Origin: Octopus vulgaris
Taxonomy: Eukaryota
Reading direction: 5' to 3'
DNA length: 64,000 bases
Assembly: GCA_951406725.2 (NCBI GenBank)
Contig: OX597831.1
Location: forward strand, 63,798,001 to 63,862,000
The notes under the pieces were generated by a model that searched no databases, was not told the DNA's origin, and worked only from the letters and a program-made list of their open reading frames with translations. Position numbers and translations under genes: made by a program. Each line of letters begins with the position of its first letter. Positions within the stretch are counted from its first letter, which is position 1. Shown here piece by piece: positions 1 to 14,213 of the stretch.

Positions 1-383
1 TAACACTTTTCATTGATATAATTCTCCACTTGATTTTTTGGTGGGGTTGTAATTTATATCCATCATGTACCAGGTTTAACTCTACAACTTGACCTTTGGG
101 TACCTTTAGCAAGGTCAACTTTGTTGTAAGCATTTGAGCAAGATTTTTGATATAAATGTAGCTTTGTCCTTTCTTCCAAACAGTCTTAGAAGCCTGAAAA
201 ATGTTATGGGTGCTGCCCTTCCTCCTCTGAGCCTTGTGAAATAAAAGCAAAAACGCATTATTTGTTTAACTTAATGGAAATAGAACGACCTGTGGTCTGT
301 ATTCATATAATCTCTGGCAAACTCTTTATATGTATTCTGTTAAGTCTACACCTGTAGTCTCACCTGTCTCAATGATACCCTCC

Positions 384-386
<3 letters not shown>

Positions 387-460
<74 letters not shown>

Positions 461-801
461 CTTATCCTTTCTTCTTACTATACTATATTAAGGATGGTAG
501 TGGACTTCTCCTTCTTATTGTACTCTACTCCCAATATAACTAGGAATGTGATTGGACTTGGCTGACCCTCCCCACTCTGTAAGAGTGTCTCTTAAGGTGG
601 CGAACTGGCAGAACTTAGCAGTATTTCATCTGCCGTTACGTTCTGAGTTCAAATTCCGCCAAGGTCGACTTTGCCTTTCATCCTTTTGGGGTCGATAAAT
701 TAAGTACCAGTTACACACTGGAGTCGATATAATCGACTTAATCCGTTTGTCTGTCCTTGTTTGTCCCCTCTATGTTTAACCCCTTGTGGGCAGTAAAGAA
801 A

Positions 802-855
<54 letters not shown>

Positions 856-1151
856 TGAATACTCAACTTTTCTCATCCTTCGTAAGTCCTATGCATAAGC
901 AATAGTATCGCACCTATTTGCCATATTCTCTATATAAGCCTTTCTACACTACCAGTCATTATACCCTTTGTCCTCCCCTACTTACAGCCAACTCTTATAA
1001 GTATCCCACATTCACTCTTACCCTTTATCCACTTCTATTACTCACCCCAAACTCTCTTCTTCCTGCCTCAACTACATTCTCATCTCAATCACCTTGTTTA
1101 TACCAATTTTCTAACACTCCTATCATCTTCCCATCTTCGCTATTCTGCTGT

Positions 1152-1195
<44 letters not shown>

Positions 1196-1212
1196 AAACG
1201 CTCTCTTCCCCA

Positions 1213-1251
<39 letters not shown>
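387..1251. repeat. Three (CT)n microsatellite tracts
   Basis: Tracts at ~387-457, 809-851 and 1153-1251. Confidence 0.95.
594..803 (+). mobile_element. tRNA-derived SINE, family A
   Basis: Head aaggtggcgaactggcagaa, B box gttcaaattcc, central gcctttcatcctt...gtcgataaattaagtaccag, tail ...gtaaagaaata; about 10 homologues in the window. Confidence 0.9.
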
Positions 1252-1255
<4 letters not shown>

Positions 1256-3649
1256 AGTCACCTTACCAGTCACATGGTCCTGTCCAAACAAACGCCTCAG
1301 AGAGTAATAAAGACCCTTTAATCCCACGTAGCACAAGCTAACTTCACTAGCACACTCAGTAAAATGGTTGGCAAACAAGTGGGAATAGGAAGAAGCTGAA
1401 AGGACCCTTTAGTCTTGCCAAAGACAGGGAAAACTTTATAATGATGATGCTACAATAAAAGGTACCCAATAAACTCGGTAAACTAGTTGGTGATAAGAAA
1501 AAGATCAAACTGTGGAAACTAAACAAAAGCACCAAATGCACCACACATTTAGGAAACCAGTAGCAACTCAGAATAGGAACCAACTTGAACTGTGACAACC
1601 TGTTTACCTCATACCAATTTTGAAAGTAGCATAAAATAATAATAATAATAAAAATAAAAAAATAATAATAATAATAATAATTATGATAATGGTTTCAGAT
1701 TTTGGTACAAGGCTAGCAATTTCAGGGGAGGGAGTAAATCAATTGCATTTATCCCAGGGATAAACTGGTATTTATTTCATCAACCTTGAGAGGTTGAAAG
1801 TTAAAGTTGACCTCAGTGGAACGGGAACTCAGAATGTGAAGACGGCCAAAATTGCCGAAAAGCATTTTGTCCGCTCTCCACCAACGATGATGATAACAAT
1901 AATGATGATGTACTTGATTGAAGTAAGAGAAGAGATTTTTAATTGTTATAATATTATAACATGATTTTAATGTTATATGTATTTTGAGTTTCCTAGTCCA
2001 TAAAATGCTTTTGTACATTTGGCCTCATATGTGTCGCCCTGAGTAGAGCAAGACAATAAATATTGAACAACATTATAACCACAGAAATTGCAAAAGTTTC
2101 ATTATTTGATATGCAGCTAGCATAAAATGTTCCTTTCTTAGTTGATATCTTGAACCTGAGCGTATTTTAAATATCTCATAATGGGAATATATTTGAATAC
2201 CATCTAAATGTTCAGTTGTTCATATGTTGTAAACAGTAGTGAACTGGGTCAGAGACCCAAAAATCTCAAGGGCCCAATCCATTTACTTATAACTTTGGGT
2301 TCATGGATGATAAAACCATTTTGTTCGTTTGTAGTGCTGAATTCAATGCTTTCAAGAATTATAGCTTATTAAAGTATGTTACTCATTGGTCTGACTTACT
2401 TTAGATACACAATAACAAATAGTCTCCAATCAACACAAGTTAGACTTCGGTCATCTCACAGTGTAAAAACCCATAAGACAACACGTTTTTATTTGTGTGG
2501 TCAATCCACTATGTTTCTTCTTTTGGTGCCCATGCCATTGCTGGTTTTCTATGCTCAGTGGATGGGAGATGCAAAATACAATTTGCCTGGTGAAACTGAT
2601 GCAGCATCACAGTTTTTTTTTTTTCTGAAATGACTGGGATTTGCTTAGCAGGATTTCTTTATCCATAAACTCTCTCTTGCCACGACAGCCATGGCTGGCG
2701 GACTATGACCAGACTCCCTCTGGGTTCAACTGCCATGTAAGAACTCCTGGCATAATCACTGCACCACATGAGGCTGAAGCCTTAAACCATCCAGATCTAG
2801 CTATAATCACATCACAATATAGACCATGATACAATTATTATTATTATTATTATTATTAGATACACTATAATGTATACAAAATATGCAGGTTTTAGATACT
2901 ATATTCCTGACCCTATATAGTATTTTTTTTTAAATATTCAATTGATCAGCTATGAATTTTGTTTCAAAGGCTTCAATAACTAAATAAAATCTATGCTATT
3001 CAGAATCTTATGCCAGACTTTTAGGCAAAATAAAACTGCAATTGAAGTCATTGAATGCAAATAAAACATTCAACTACCAAGCTTCTGTAACTTTTATTCT
3101 CGAAAATATAAACAATTGAAAAATCACTATGCAGTATTTCTATAGAGCTGTCATTTAAGTCACAATTACCAATGCATGGGGTTTGTTTTCATGAAACTTT
3201 CACTACCACGCTGAATAATGCAACATTTTGTTGTATTTTATAGAAATACATCATCAATACATATATTTGTGTACTGCCCAATAGAATTATTACAGTCTTT
3301 TCAAAACTACAACAAAAGCTTTAGATTTTTTTAAGCTTCTCTCAACCACAATTGAAACACCTTTTGTGCAAAGCAGATAACAGCTTTAAGTGTGCTGAAA
3401 ATTTAGGGATATATTTTTAGGGTGGTTCCTAAACTACAAAATATCATAGCTCCATTGAATTTTACTTTTCATTTTGAACAGATAAAATATACAATAGTGT
3501 TTCTAAGTTTTTCACCTATATTTTGCATCTTCTTCTTTGTTCTTCTAACATTTCAACCATGCAACCAACCTGCTGGCTGCATACTTGTATTACATGTATT
3601 GTTTCTCTTTCCATACATTTTGTATAAATTTCTATTTGGAATCTTGCAG

Positions 3650-3822
3650 TTGATCCACAATTCACTTGTAAAAACAAATCAGCAATCCTAAATGATCGTT
3701 ATGTAACATTAGAATGTGAAGTCGAGGCCAATCCACCAATCACAAAGCATGCTTGGAGATATGGAGATGTTTCAGTGTTAGAACCAAATAATGAAACTGT
3801 TGAATATACTCAATCAGAAGAG
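3650..3822 (+). CDS. Internal exon of an Ig-superfamily cell-surface protein (first half of the membrane-proximal Ig domain)
   Basis: Acceptor tcttgcag|TT and donor GAG|gtaaga; 173 nt, phase 1 to 0. Translates xDPQFTCKNKSAILNDRYVTLECEVEANPPITKHAWRYGDVSVLEPNNETVEYTQSEE, with the Ig B/C-strand signature VTLECxVxANP...W. Confidence 0.85.
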
Positions 3823-3958
3823 GTAAGATGATGTAGCATCCCTTGGTAAAAAAAAATATGTAAATGAATAAAAGCAATATCATTGTTAGTAAGACTGGCA
3901 AAACTTTATAAAAGTAGTGGCATAGATTCTCAATATATATATATATATATATATATAT

Positions 3959-4189
3959 ATTTCTTTACTACCCACAAGGGGCTAAACACAAAGGGGACAA
4001 ACAAGGACAGACAAAGCGATTAAGTCGATTCCATCGACCCCAGTGCGTAACTGGTACTTAATTTATCGACCCCGAAAGGATGAAAGGCAAAGTCGACCCT
4101 GGCGGAATTTGAACTCAGAACGTAACGGCAGACGAAATACGGCTTCGCATTTCGCCCGGCGTGCTAACGGTTCTGCCAGCTCGCCGCCT
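3959..4189 (-). mobile_element. SINE family A
   Basis: Full-length reverse-complement copy abutting (TA)n. Confidence 0.9.
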
Positions 4190-4224
4190 AAAAAAATATA
4201 TACACACCTGTGTGGGTGGGTATT

Positions 4225-4255
<31 letters not shown>

Positions 4256-4256
4256 G

Positions 4257-4548
4257 TGGAGGCACAATGGCCTAGTGGTTAGGGCAGCGGACTCGCGGTT
4301 GCAGGATCGCGGTTTCGATTCCCAGACCAGGCGTTGTGTGTGTTTATTGAGTGAAAACACCTAAAAGCTCCACGAGGCTCCGGCAGGGGGTGGTGATCCC
4401 TGCTGTACTCTTTCACCACTCTTTTTTCCGTTGGCCTGCTCGCTTAGCCAGTGAGGTGGTGTCATTCGAAGGCTAAAACAATGCGAACGCATTGTGACCA
4501 GCGATGTGTAACAACATCTGATGGTCTGGTCGGTCACGTGATCACGTG
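4257..4548 (+). mobile_element. tRNA-derived SINE, family C (tail type 1)
   Basis: A box tggcctagtggtt and B-box-like ggtttcgattccc; the tail is shared with the 52220-52512 copy. Confidence 0.85.
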
Positions 4549-4582
<34 letters not shown>

Positions 4583-4587
4583 ATATA

Positions 4588-5358
4588 CAGGGTGCAATGA
4601 ATAAACCATTCTAAATTACGCAAAAATAAAAAAAATGACAATAACATCTCATTTTAAACAGATATATTTACCAAAATTACATAAAAATATCTTGAAATAC
4701 TAAAGAGTAAATTTATTCAATAAAATTTTCATTGGCTTCTACCACAGCCTCCAGCTGTTCTGGACAGTCTCCTAGTCATAATCCTTGTCTTCAGTTCATT
4801 GGTATTACAAGGAGTTTTTTTGTTTGTCCGTCACTCAACTGTGCCCCACACATATTAATCAAGGGGGTTGCAGTTTCAAGAGTTTGGTGGCCAGATTTTA
4901 GGGGTGATGTCGACGGTCGTAGAAGTTGTCTAAAAGACATGACTGGGTTCTCCTGCTTTTCCAGCACTGAACCTCTTGACCCAGGACAGCACTATCTCCT
5001 CCAGGCGCTAGATGTAGGCCTCCGTGCTAAGTCTGAGGCCGTGTGGGAAGATGAATGGAGGCAACACAATGATGCTGACTGGATGCTTGATTATTATCAC
5101 TCTCAGTACATGTCCTCAGATTGACACCAAAACACTCTGAAACGTCTGCAATGGAGCTTCCAGTGCGAATACCAAGCAGTGCAGCATGTCGCTTCCAAAT
5201 TTCTGGCTGAGTGAATTGCATCATGGTGTTGTCTTTCTCACAGACGATGCCCAACTGACCCTACTATACTGTGTAGTTGACAAAACCAAAAACAAACACT
5301 GCACATGTGTGGTGATATTAAAAATATAAAATAGCAACAGTTTACTCATTGCATCCTC
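4588..5358 (-). mobile_element. Internally deleted Tc1/mariner-superfamily transposon (maT/DD37D-like)
   Basis: TIRs cagggtgcaatgaataaac / gtttactcattgcatcctc, with TA on the left. Minus-strand relics: WPPNS*NCNPLD*YVWGTVE, C-terminal QLEAVVEANENFIE*, and HTH-like SIADVSECFGVNLRT. Confidence 0.8.
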
Positions 5359-5754
5359 TCTGTGTGTGTTTGTGTTTATGTATATATATATATATACACA
5401 CACATATACACAGATCTTTTATCTTTTACCTGTTTCAGTCATTGAACTGCGGAGTGTTTAATCAAATAAATTGATCCCAGAACCTAATTTTTTAAGCCTG
5501 ATATTTATTCTATCAGTCAGTCTCTTTTGCTGAACTGCTAAATTGCAGGGACATAAACCAATACCAGTTATCAAGCAGTGGTAGAGACAAACACAAAAAC
5601 AAAAACACATATAAATATATGCACATGCACTTTACATACATACCTACATGCCTACAATGCATTTGTATAAGTATAAAGTGTAAAAGAAAGAAAATAGAAA
5701 TCAGGACTTTTTATTTACTACGATCATTTCAACTTACTGTGCACTGTGTATGTG

Positions 5755-5790
<36 letters not shown>

Positions 5791-5848
5791 CATACATACA
5801 TACATACATACATACATACATACATACATACAGATGTATATATATATA

Positions 5849-6021
5849 GGGAGAGTTTATGAAAAAACAAAAGACGAAGACTGGTGGTGTACAAAACAAA
5901 CAGATGTATTAGTATAACGCTCAGGAATAGAAAAAGTATTTTATGATTTGAGCCTATGCTCTTCTACAGAATGAAACACAGAAAGAAACAAGGAGAGAGA
6001 GAAAAAAGTGTGTAGTGGCTA
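5849..6021 (-). mobile_element. Short (TA)n-anchored Penelope-terminus-like element with variant hammerhead (copy 1, CpG-decayed)
   Basis: Homologous to the copies at 8523, 48746, 58763 and 60273; the same end abuts (TA)n. Confidence 0.75.
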
Positions 6022-6125
6022 TATGTGTATATATGTATGTCTATCTGTATATATATATATATGTATGTATCTATCCATATAGATTTATGGATAGGTATGT
6101 ATGCAAGCATACATACCTGTATTGA

Positions 6126-6178
<53 letters not shown>

Positions 6179-6669
6179 ACTACATATATATGTATGTGTT
6201 ACATTAATGCTTGCTTTTATTTCAAGTTGTAAATAAAAATAATTAACATTAACCTGAAAGATTACTCAATAATTTTTAGTAGAGTATACGTTTCTTATTC
6301 TATTGCAAGGAACAGGTTGACTGCATATACATATGCATGTATTTCGTTAAATGTGTTAAGGCGGTGGGGGAATGTCTGAAAGGGTGTGCATGAAAGCTGA
6401 TATTCCACTTCCATCAATGACTCATAGAATAGGAGATGATGTTGATATTCTTTGATGTTGAGACTGGCTTGCATTTACATTAGAAGAGCTCCGGAATAAA
6501 ATATATATGTGTGTGTATATGATTATATGTATATATATAGATGAATTTGCATGTGTGTAGGTAGATAGATGGATAGATCGATAGACAGACACACAGACAG
6601 AGATATATTGATGTAGATCTAATTACATCAACAGAAACACTCATACACACATGCACACACACACATATA

Positions 6670-6726
<57 letters not shown>

Positions 6727-6758
6727 AAATATGTATGTGTATATACATACACTTAGAA

Positions 6759-6815
<57 letters not shown>

Positions 6816-6858
6816 TATTTATATATATTTATATATATATACATATATATATATATAT

Positions 6859-6902
<44 letters not shown>

Positions 6903-6944
6903 ATATACGCACACATACAAATTTATACATATATATATATATAC

Positions 6945-7155
6945 ACAAAGGGACATGAAAAGTTCCTGGCTTTAAGGGCATCACAAAAGGCCTGGCTGGA
7001 GGCTCAACCTTTCAAATTCATTTACATGGCTTAGGAAAACTGAAGGACCACTGCAATATGTGTGTGAGAGGTGAATGTTTTGAATAAAATATTGATTAGC
7101 TGACTCTCCTGTATTTTCTTTTGCCCAAAGCCAGGAACTGTTTAACACCTCCTCT
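6945..7155 (+). mobile_element. Mariner-derived MITE
   Basis: Inverted termini aaagttcctggcttt / aaagccaggaact within TA repeats; remnant of a mariner C-terminus (ggtgaatgttttgaataa). Confidence 0.65.
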
Positions 7156-7169
7156 TATATATATGTATA

Positions 7170-7234
<65 letters not shown>

Positions 7235-7502
7235 TGTGTGTGTGTGTGTATACACATTGATAGATATATAAGAAACAAGTTAAAAATAATGATCATTGCA
7301 TATTTTTCCTTTATTGGAGCAAATTTGGCTTACAATTGTTTCCAGTAGTGAATCTAAGGTTGGTGTGCCAACAGAGAGCTTATGAAGTATTTTACCCTGA
7401 TTGATAATCCCACACTTTTTATTATATTGATAGATAGATAGATAGATAGAAAGATAGATAGATAGATAGATAGATACATACATACATACATACATACATA
7501 CA

Positions 7503-7536
<34 letters not shown>

Positions 7537-7905
7537 CACACATACATGCATGCATACAAACACATACACCAAATTATGTCTTCCATATTTCACTCAGAAG
7601 TCTTTGGTGATCCTCACAGGTATGACAGAATACTCTTGCCCAAGTACAGGGATGAATTTGTTTGACAAAACCCTTTGAGGTAGTGCTCCAGCATGACTGC
7701 ATTCCAATTTATCTCTGTGAGTGTATGTGCATGTGTGCGTGTGTGTGTGTATGTGCGTGCGTGTGTGTGTGTGTCTGCATGTGTTATGTGCCCAAGAATC
7801 CATGTCTGTTTTTATATTCAACCAGTATGCTGAATCCCATTTTGTCAAAGGAAAACCCTCAGCACATTGATAACTTCCACTCCCACATTCTCTCATTCTT
7901 GATTA

Positions 7906-7937
<32 letters not shown>

Positions 7938-8522
7938 GCCCCCTCTCTCTCTCTCTCTCCTCCAACTGTGGTAACCATGTATGGAGCAAGACACCTGTAT
8001 AAATTATTTCAAAACAGACAGTAGAGCTTAATGCAGTCCTCTGGTTTTCCAGCTCCTGTCAAGCCATCCAACCCATGCTAGCATAGAAAACAAACAATGT
8101 TGATGCTGATGACGAATTTTAACAGTGGGATTAATAAACCAGAAACCTTGTAATGACAGTCACACCTGCATGGCTGCATTTCAGTGATCGAAGCCGGTAC
8201 AGGAGCAAGTGAAAGAGTAAAATGGCATCTGGCATCTATGAGATTCATACGAATATTGCATTTTATTTTCTAGTTTAACAAGTTTATACAATTTAAAATA
8301 AGCCATCTTCATACTTTTGGCAGGGTTCTTCAAAACAAAACAGATTTAGTTCTGAGTACAGACTTTTAAATATTCCAAGTGACCTTTGCTTGCCATCATT
8401 GAAAAGACAATTGATAAATCCATATAATCAAGATTATTTTTTTAATATAAAAATATCTAATATTTTTATATTTAAAATGATATATATGTATGTATATATT
8501 TCTGTGTGTGTATATATATATA

Positions 8523-8717
8523 GGGAGAGTTTACGAAAAAAACAAAAGACAAAGACAGGTGGTGTACAAAACAAACAGATGTAGTAGTATAACGCTTAGG
8601 AATAGAAAAAAGTCTTTTACATTTCGAGCCTATGCTCTTCTGCAGAAAGGGACACAGAAAAAACAAGGAGAGGAACAAGGATAGAAAAAAATGTGTGTAG
8701 TGGCTAACGATCTATCA
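8523..8717 (-). mobile_element. Short (TA)n-anchored element with variant hammerhead (copy 2)
   Basis: Same family; the core reads CTGCAGA in this copy and some CpGs are decayed. Confidence 0.75.
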
Positions 8718-9247
8718 TGAGGACTAGTGCCAGACATAAATATATATATTTACACACACAAACACAGATATAAGGCATAAATAATGGGTTTTATATAATT
8801 ATTTATTTCATACATACTTATATCAATTTATCTATTACACACATACATATATGAAACTCACATATTCATGTTCATGCACGTTCATGTTCATATGTGTGTG
8901 TAATGAATCTCTGCGGCTAAAGAGCTTCATTTGAATTTTTTTTTTTTACCTGGCTTTGATCTGTGCCTCAGCATTAACTCCACAATTTCATACATCTGTA
9001 GCTACAATGCTACACTATGTGCTTTTGTGGTATGTGTGTGGATATAATGTTTGCAAGCCATTTTGAAACATATTGCTGTTTTGCCCCTCAAATATAAACC
9101 TTTCAGTTATAAATCTCTCTCTCTCCCCTCTTAGTCATTACTCTATCATCGTCCTTTATATAAAAGACTCTTTTTTTAATGTCTTCACTGAGTTCTATCA
9201 GATACACAATTGCAAATACACGTCTAACACACAAACAGATACATATG

Positions 9248-9692
9248 GGATATTTTGGGTTTTTTCTAGCGGTGTCATATGAAATTGTCACCCATAATTA
9301 TGACCCTAGTATCGATCTATTGCATTTCAATCTGTTTTAGGGTTAGGGTTAGGGTTAGTTAGGGTTAGGGTTAGTTAGGGTTAGTTAGGGTTAGGGGTGG
9401 GGGAAGGGTATATTTTTTCTTCACAAATGTAAATAAACCCAATCTGTTTCTTAAACGAGGGACATATTCATACGGCACAGAATGTTTTTTACCTCAATAG
9501 ACGTCAGTGATTGGTTGAAATTGCAGAAATTGAAGAAAAAAAACAACAAATATCTTACAAACTATTGAATTTTCTCAATAAAGTCAAGAGAAAAGGATGT
9601 TTTATAAAGACATTCTACCAGTATACGAAGTTTAAAATTTTTTAGTTACCTAGAAATTATGTTAAAAACTGCCATTCAAACCGAAAAGATCC
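9248..9692 (+). mobile_element. TTAGGG-containing MITE (copy 1, intronic, longest telomeric array)
   Basis: Right TIR aaaaactgccattcaaaccgaaaagatcc; left TIR partly deleted; TTAGGG/TTAG array at ~9337-9395 followed by a G-rich tract. Confidence 0.85.
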
Positions 9693-9919
9693 AAATGCAC
9701 TTTGTTTTCCATTTTGTTTCGAAATTTTAGTTACAAACAAATAAATATTCTAAAATAAAATGTACAATTTGCTTTGATTTTTGCCAGCTTCATTTCTGAA
9801 AATAACTTATTTCCATGAAAATGCTGTCAATGAATAAATAATAATTTCATTAAACTCATGCAAAACACACAAAACACATCATACATACACTCTCTCACCC
9901 CTGTTTTATTCTATTCCAG

Positions 9920-10052
9920 GTTGTAGACGGTGTGCACAGAGTTACACTGACAATTGATAAAGTTTTGAAACGCCATTTCAACACAACTTTCTTCCTAGAA
10001 GTTGAAACTGAAGATAATAAAGTTCACACTCACCCTGTAAGGTTAACTGAAA
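9920..10052 (+). CDS. Internal exon, second half of the same Ig domain
   Basis: Acceptor ttctattccag|GTT and donor GAAA|gtaagt; 133 nt, phase 0 to 1, in frame with the previous exon. Translates VVDGVHRVTLTIDKVLKRHFNTTFFLEVETEDNKVHTHPVRLTE, with an E-strand-like TLTI and a G-strand-like VRL. Confidence 0.85.
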
Positions 10053-10955
10053 GTAAGTCTTGTTAAACATTATTATCAGCTTCGCTCTCCACATTATATT
10101 CTGCTCATTTTGGAATCAAACTGTATTTCAAATGTGTATATAAACATGCGTGGGTATTTTATATTTTATTACATTTTGCATGAAGCAGAGATCTTTTCTT
10201 CTTGCACGATGCTGTCTATCAGTACTTTATGCTCAACATGTACTACAAACTAAGTGCCACTCACTCAGCGCTGACATAGCTCAAAGCCAAACCTTCTGCC
10301 AAAATTCTTCCACTTTTTTTATTCCTCTGCACAGCCACCATTGGAAACAGACTGCCTCCTTGCCCATATTCCACCTTAGGACTTTAAATTCTGTTTTGAA
10401 ACAATGATTAATAATCAGTTTGGTTTCATCTGATTCTTAATCACTCTAAATATGGATTCTCACCCTTATAGCCTCATTACAGTCTCCATGATACAAGGTA
10501 TCATGGTCCTTTAGGTCATTATTCCTTTTTCAATATAGCAGCTTATATTCCCTAGTGAATTCCTTCTAGTTTAATATATTCTATTAGCACCGGTGATCTC
10601 AAAAGAAATTGTGATAGTCTGTCAATTCAGAAAAATGGGAAGATAAAAGATGAAGGGAATTAAGGCTTAATATTGAATTACTTTATAACGTCTACATATA
10701 AATACACTGAATTGATGAGTAAAGAAACACTTAAAGTGTCAACAGAGCCTGAACTTGTTTTCTCCATTGTTTTAGCGTTCATTGTACTCAGTGTTCAGCA
10801 TTTTGTTTGGTTTCTGATTACATTTCCTATGAACTCAGAAAATAATATGATACTATCCAGCAAAACTTCAAAGGAAGAAAACTCTTTGTTTCATATATAT
10901 ATATGTGTATGTATGTATATATATATATATATAGATATATATATGTATATACTTA

Positions 10956-11039
<84 letters not shown>

Positions 11040-11427
11040 TATAAATATGTATATATAGACATATATATATATATAGGTACAAGCGTACAAGTGTTTAGAT
11101 TTTAATTTTCTAGAATTATCTTCCAACTTAACCATAATAATTAAATGTTCCTTCATTTACATACATTCTATTAACATACAAGAAGAATGTTTAAAAATTC
11201 ATGGAGCTTACGACTTAGTGATATATTGTTTTTAAAAATTTACAATTCCAATTATTAAATATATTTATTTCAATCTAGCATTTCAATCAGAAAACTGTTG
11301 TATTATAAATATATTATCCCTCATTATCCCAGCTTTATTTTATTGTTAAATACTTCAATATTTTGTCATTTACGTTGACTAATCTTCTTTCTTTTTCTTT
11401 TTTTTTTTCTTTTATTTTATTTTACAG

Positions 11428-11516
11428 AACAATGGTCTTCTGCTTCGAGTAGGCAATATCAAGAATTCCTTTTCACAGCACTGCTAACTTTAACTGCTAA
11501 GATTCTGACCAACTGA
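11428..11516 (+). CDS. Terminal coding exon encoding a GPI-anchor-like C-terminal signal (IgLON/lachesin/DIP-like architecture)
   Basis: Long poly-T tract plus tttacag acceptor; phase 1 matches the upstream exon. Translates KQWSSASSRQYQEFLFTALLTLTAKILTN*: small-residue cluster, short spacer, hydrophobic tail, no cytoplasmic domain. Confidence 0.8.
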
Positions 11517-12002
11517 TTTGTAGGTGCTTAAAACAAGGGAATGGCTGGGTTTTAGCAGATGAATTAAGGACCAAAGTGAAAACAAAAAACAGTCGAGTGA
11601 ATGAATATGTCTGAGTGTATATAAAGTAAAAAAAAAAATTTAATAAAAAATTCAAACAAACAACTAAAAAAAAACTACTGTGCAGGATGAATTGGCTGCA
11701 GTGAGAATGAAAACTGAGCAAGTTACCTAGGAAATCACCATCAAATCACCACAAACTATCTGAAATACTCACAAGCTCTGATCTTTTAAAATTATTAACA
11801 CCCTGCCAGAATATTTCCTATAACAGTGACTGTATCAATAACTACTACCAACCACCACTGGTATTGCTACTTTTTCCCTTCGCCTATAGTTAAACGTCAT
11901 TGTTTTACAAATACTCTTACATTTTATAAGCAAGAAAAACAATTGATTTCCTTTATTTTTATGTAATATTCTTCCAGGTTTTAAAGTAAAAGGTGTATGT
12001 AC

Positions 12003-12055
<53 letters not shown>

Positions 12056-12269
12056 TACATTTGTATGTATATGTATAAATACACACATATATATATATAT
12101 CTTCATATTCATATATGTATATCTATATTTATTCACATGTACATATATATATATATATATATATAATAAAAAAATTCAGGGTGAATACTTGATAACTGCA
12201 AGCACCTGCATATGCCAGTTAGTGGTGTAGGTGATAGGGTATATTTATCACCTGTTTTTCTTTTGATAA

Positions 12270-12303
<34 letters not shown>

Positions 12304-12411
12304 TTACATTTATAAACATACATAGATATAAATATACATATGCATATATATATATTTACATTTATAAATATACATAAATATAAATATAAATATGCATATA
12401 TATATTCACAT

Positions 12412-12463
<52 letters not shown>

Positions 12464-13510
12464 TGTATGCGTATGTTTGTGTGTACTTAATTATATGACA
12501 GTAGGTGTATACATGTACACATGTGTATACACATATTTAAGGATATATCTATATGTACTATGTGCAAACAACAACATGCAAATACAAATGCCTGTTAGCA
12601 TTTTGCGTTCATTTTCATTTATTTTTTTTTATTTTCTTTAATTTGGAAGGCTACATTGATATGAGTTATTGAAAATTATTATGAGAGAGGAAAACAGGAT
12701 AGGAGAGAAAGACAGTGTGGAAGGAAATATTTGTTTTCTCACAGCCTGTTCCTTTTCTTTTATTGCTGACACTGATCAAGCCAAGAACGATATATGAAGT
12801 CTGGCTCATTCAGGGAAATTGGCTATTCATCTTTGCTTGAAACTAGGTTTTAGTTTGATACAGTTGTTGTTAGATGATGAGTATGATGTCTAGAGAAAGA
12901 GAGAGATATAGAAATACATTCAGACTCAGAGTACACTGTTTAACTTTCCTTTTAATTTTCTGCTTTGTAAATGTTTTGACCAATCCCCCTTTCCAATTTA
13001 TTCCACATTGTTTCACCACTAAAATCAAATTGCTTTACTACTTGTGGAGGTGAGTTTAATCTTATCGATGGCTTTAAAAAATATTTTGTAATCCTATAGG
13101 AGTTACAAAAATGCCTTTTAATATCTTCCAAAATGCAGGCATTTATATATACAATATATATATACACACATACATGCATTATACATATGTATAATCCAGA
13201 CATATAGTCAACATATGGAGATATTGCTTATCCAATGATAGAAATATAACATACGACTCTTAATGCATGTATACAGCTTAATTTATGAAGCTATCATAGA
13301 TTCTCTTCAATTTACTTCTGCCAAGATGTTTTTTCTTTGTTTAATACTGAATTTTAGTTCATTTCATGAGTTCTCTAAAAATAATTCACCTCCAAATGTT
13401 TTCTCTTAATTTAAGATTTCTTTTTGCATTTCTTGGAAATTCAAAAATTAAAATAAAATAATTTAAAGGAGCTTCCATTTCCAGTTGAGAGTAGCATTTC
13501 CTGCTCAGTA

Positions 13511-13559
<49 letters not shown>

Positions 13560-13761
13560 TGTATATATTTATATATATATATATACATACATTCATATAA
13601 ATACATACATACTTGCATATACCAATGCATGTATATATATGTAAGTATATACTTATATATATATATATATGTAAATATATCAATATAAATATTCATATAT
13701 ATATGTGTGTATATATATGTATATATATATATATATACATATGTATGTGTATATGTGTGTG

Positions 13762-13810
<49 letters not shown>

Positions 13811-14122
13811 TATGTTACATTGCAAGTCTATTAAGAAAAGGAAAATATGTAATATACATTGTTATTAGATCAGAAAATTTCATCTATATCTGATTTGTAT
13901 AACAAATAGATCTAACTTCACACTTACTGTATGTACATATTGGCAACTGTATGGCTGCATGTATGTATGTTTGTACATACACACGAGTACATCTTTCTAT
14001 GCTTAATATTATAACTGCATGAAAATAGAAATGGTACATTTATGAATCACAGTTACCTGTTTACATATACATACATATACACATACATAGATGCATATAT
14101 ACATACATATCTATATGTATGC

Positions 14123-14213
<91 letters not shown>

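Noticed and set aside
4257-4335. tRNA-like sequences here and at 28976, 30060 and 57381
   Set aside because: They are SINE heads continuous with SINE bodies (TSDs visible at 28976 and 30052), not standalone tRNA genes.
9337-9408. TTAGGG array as a chromosome end or fusion scar
   Set aside because: It is an internal module of a MITE present five times in the window.
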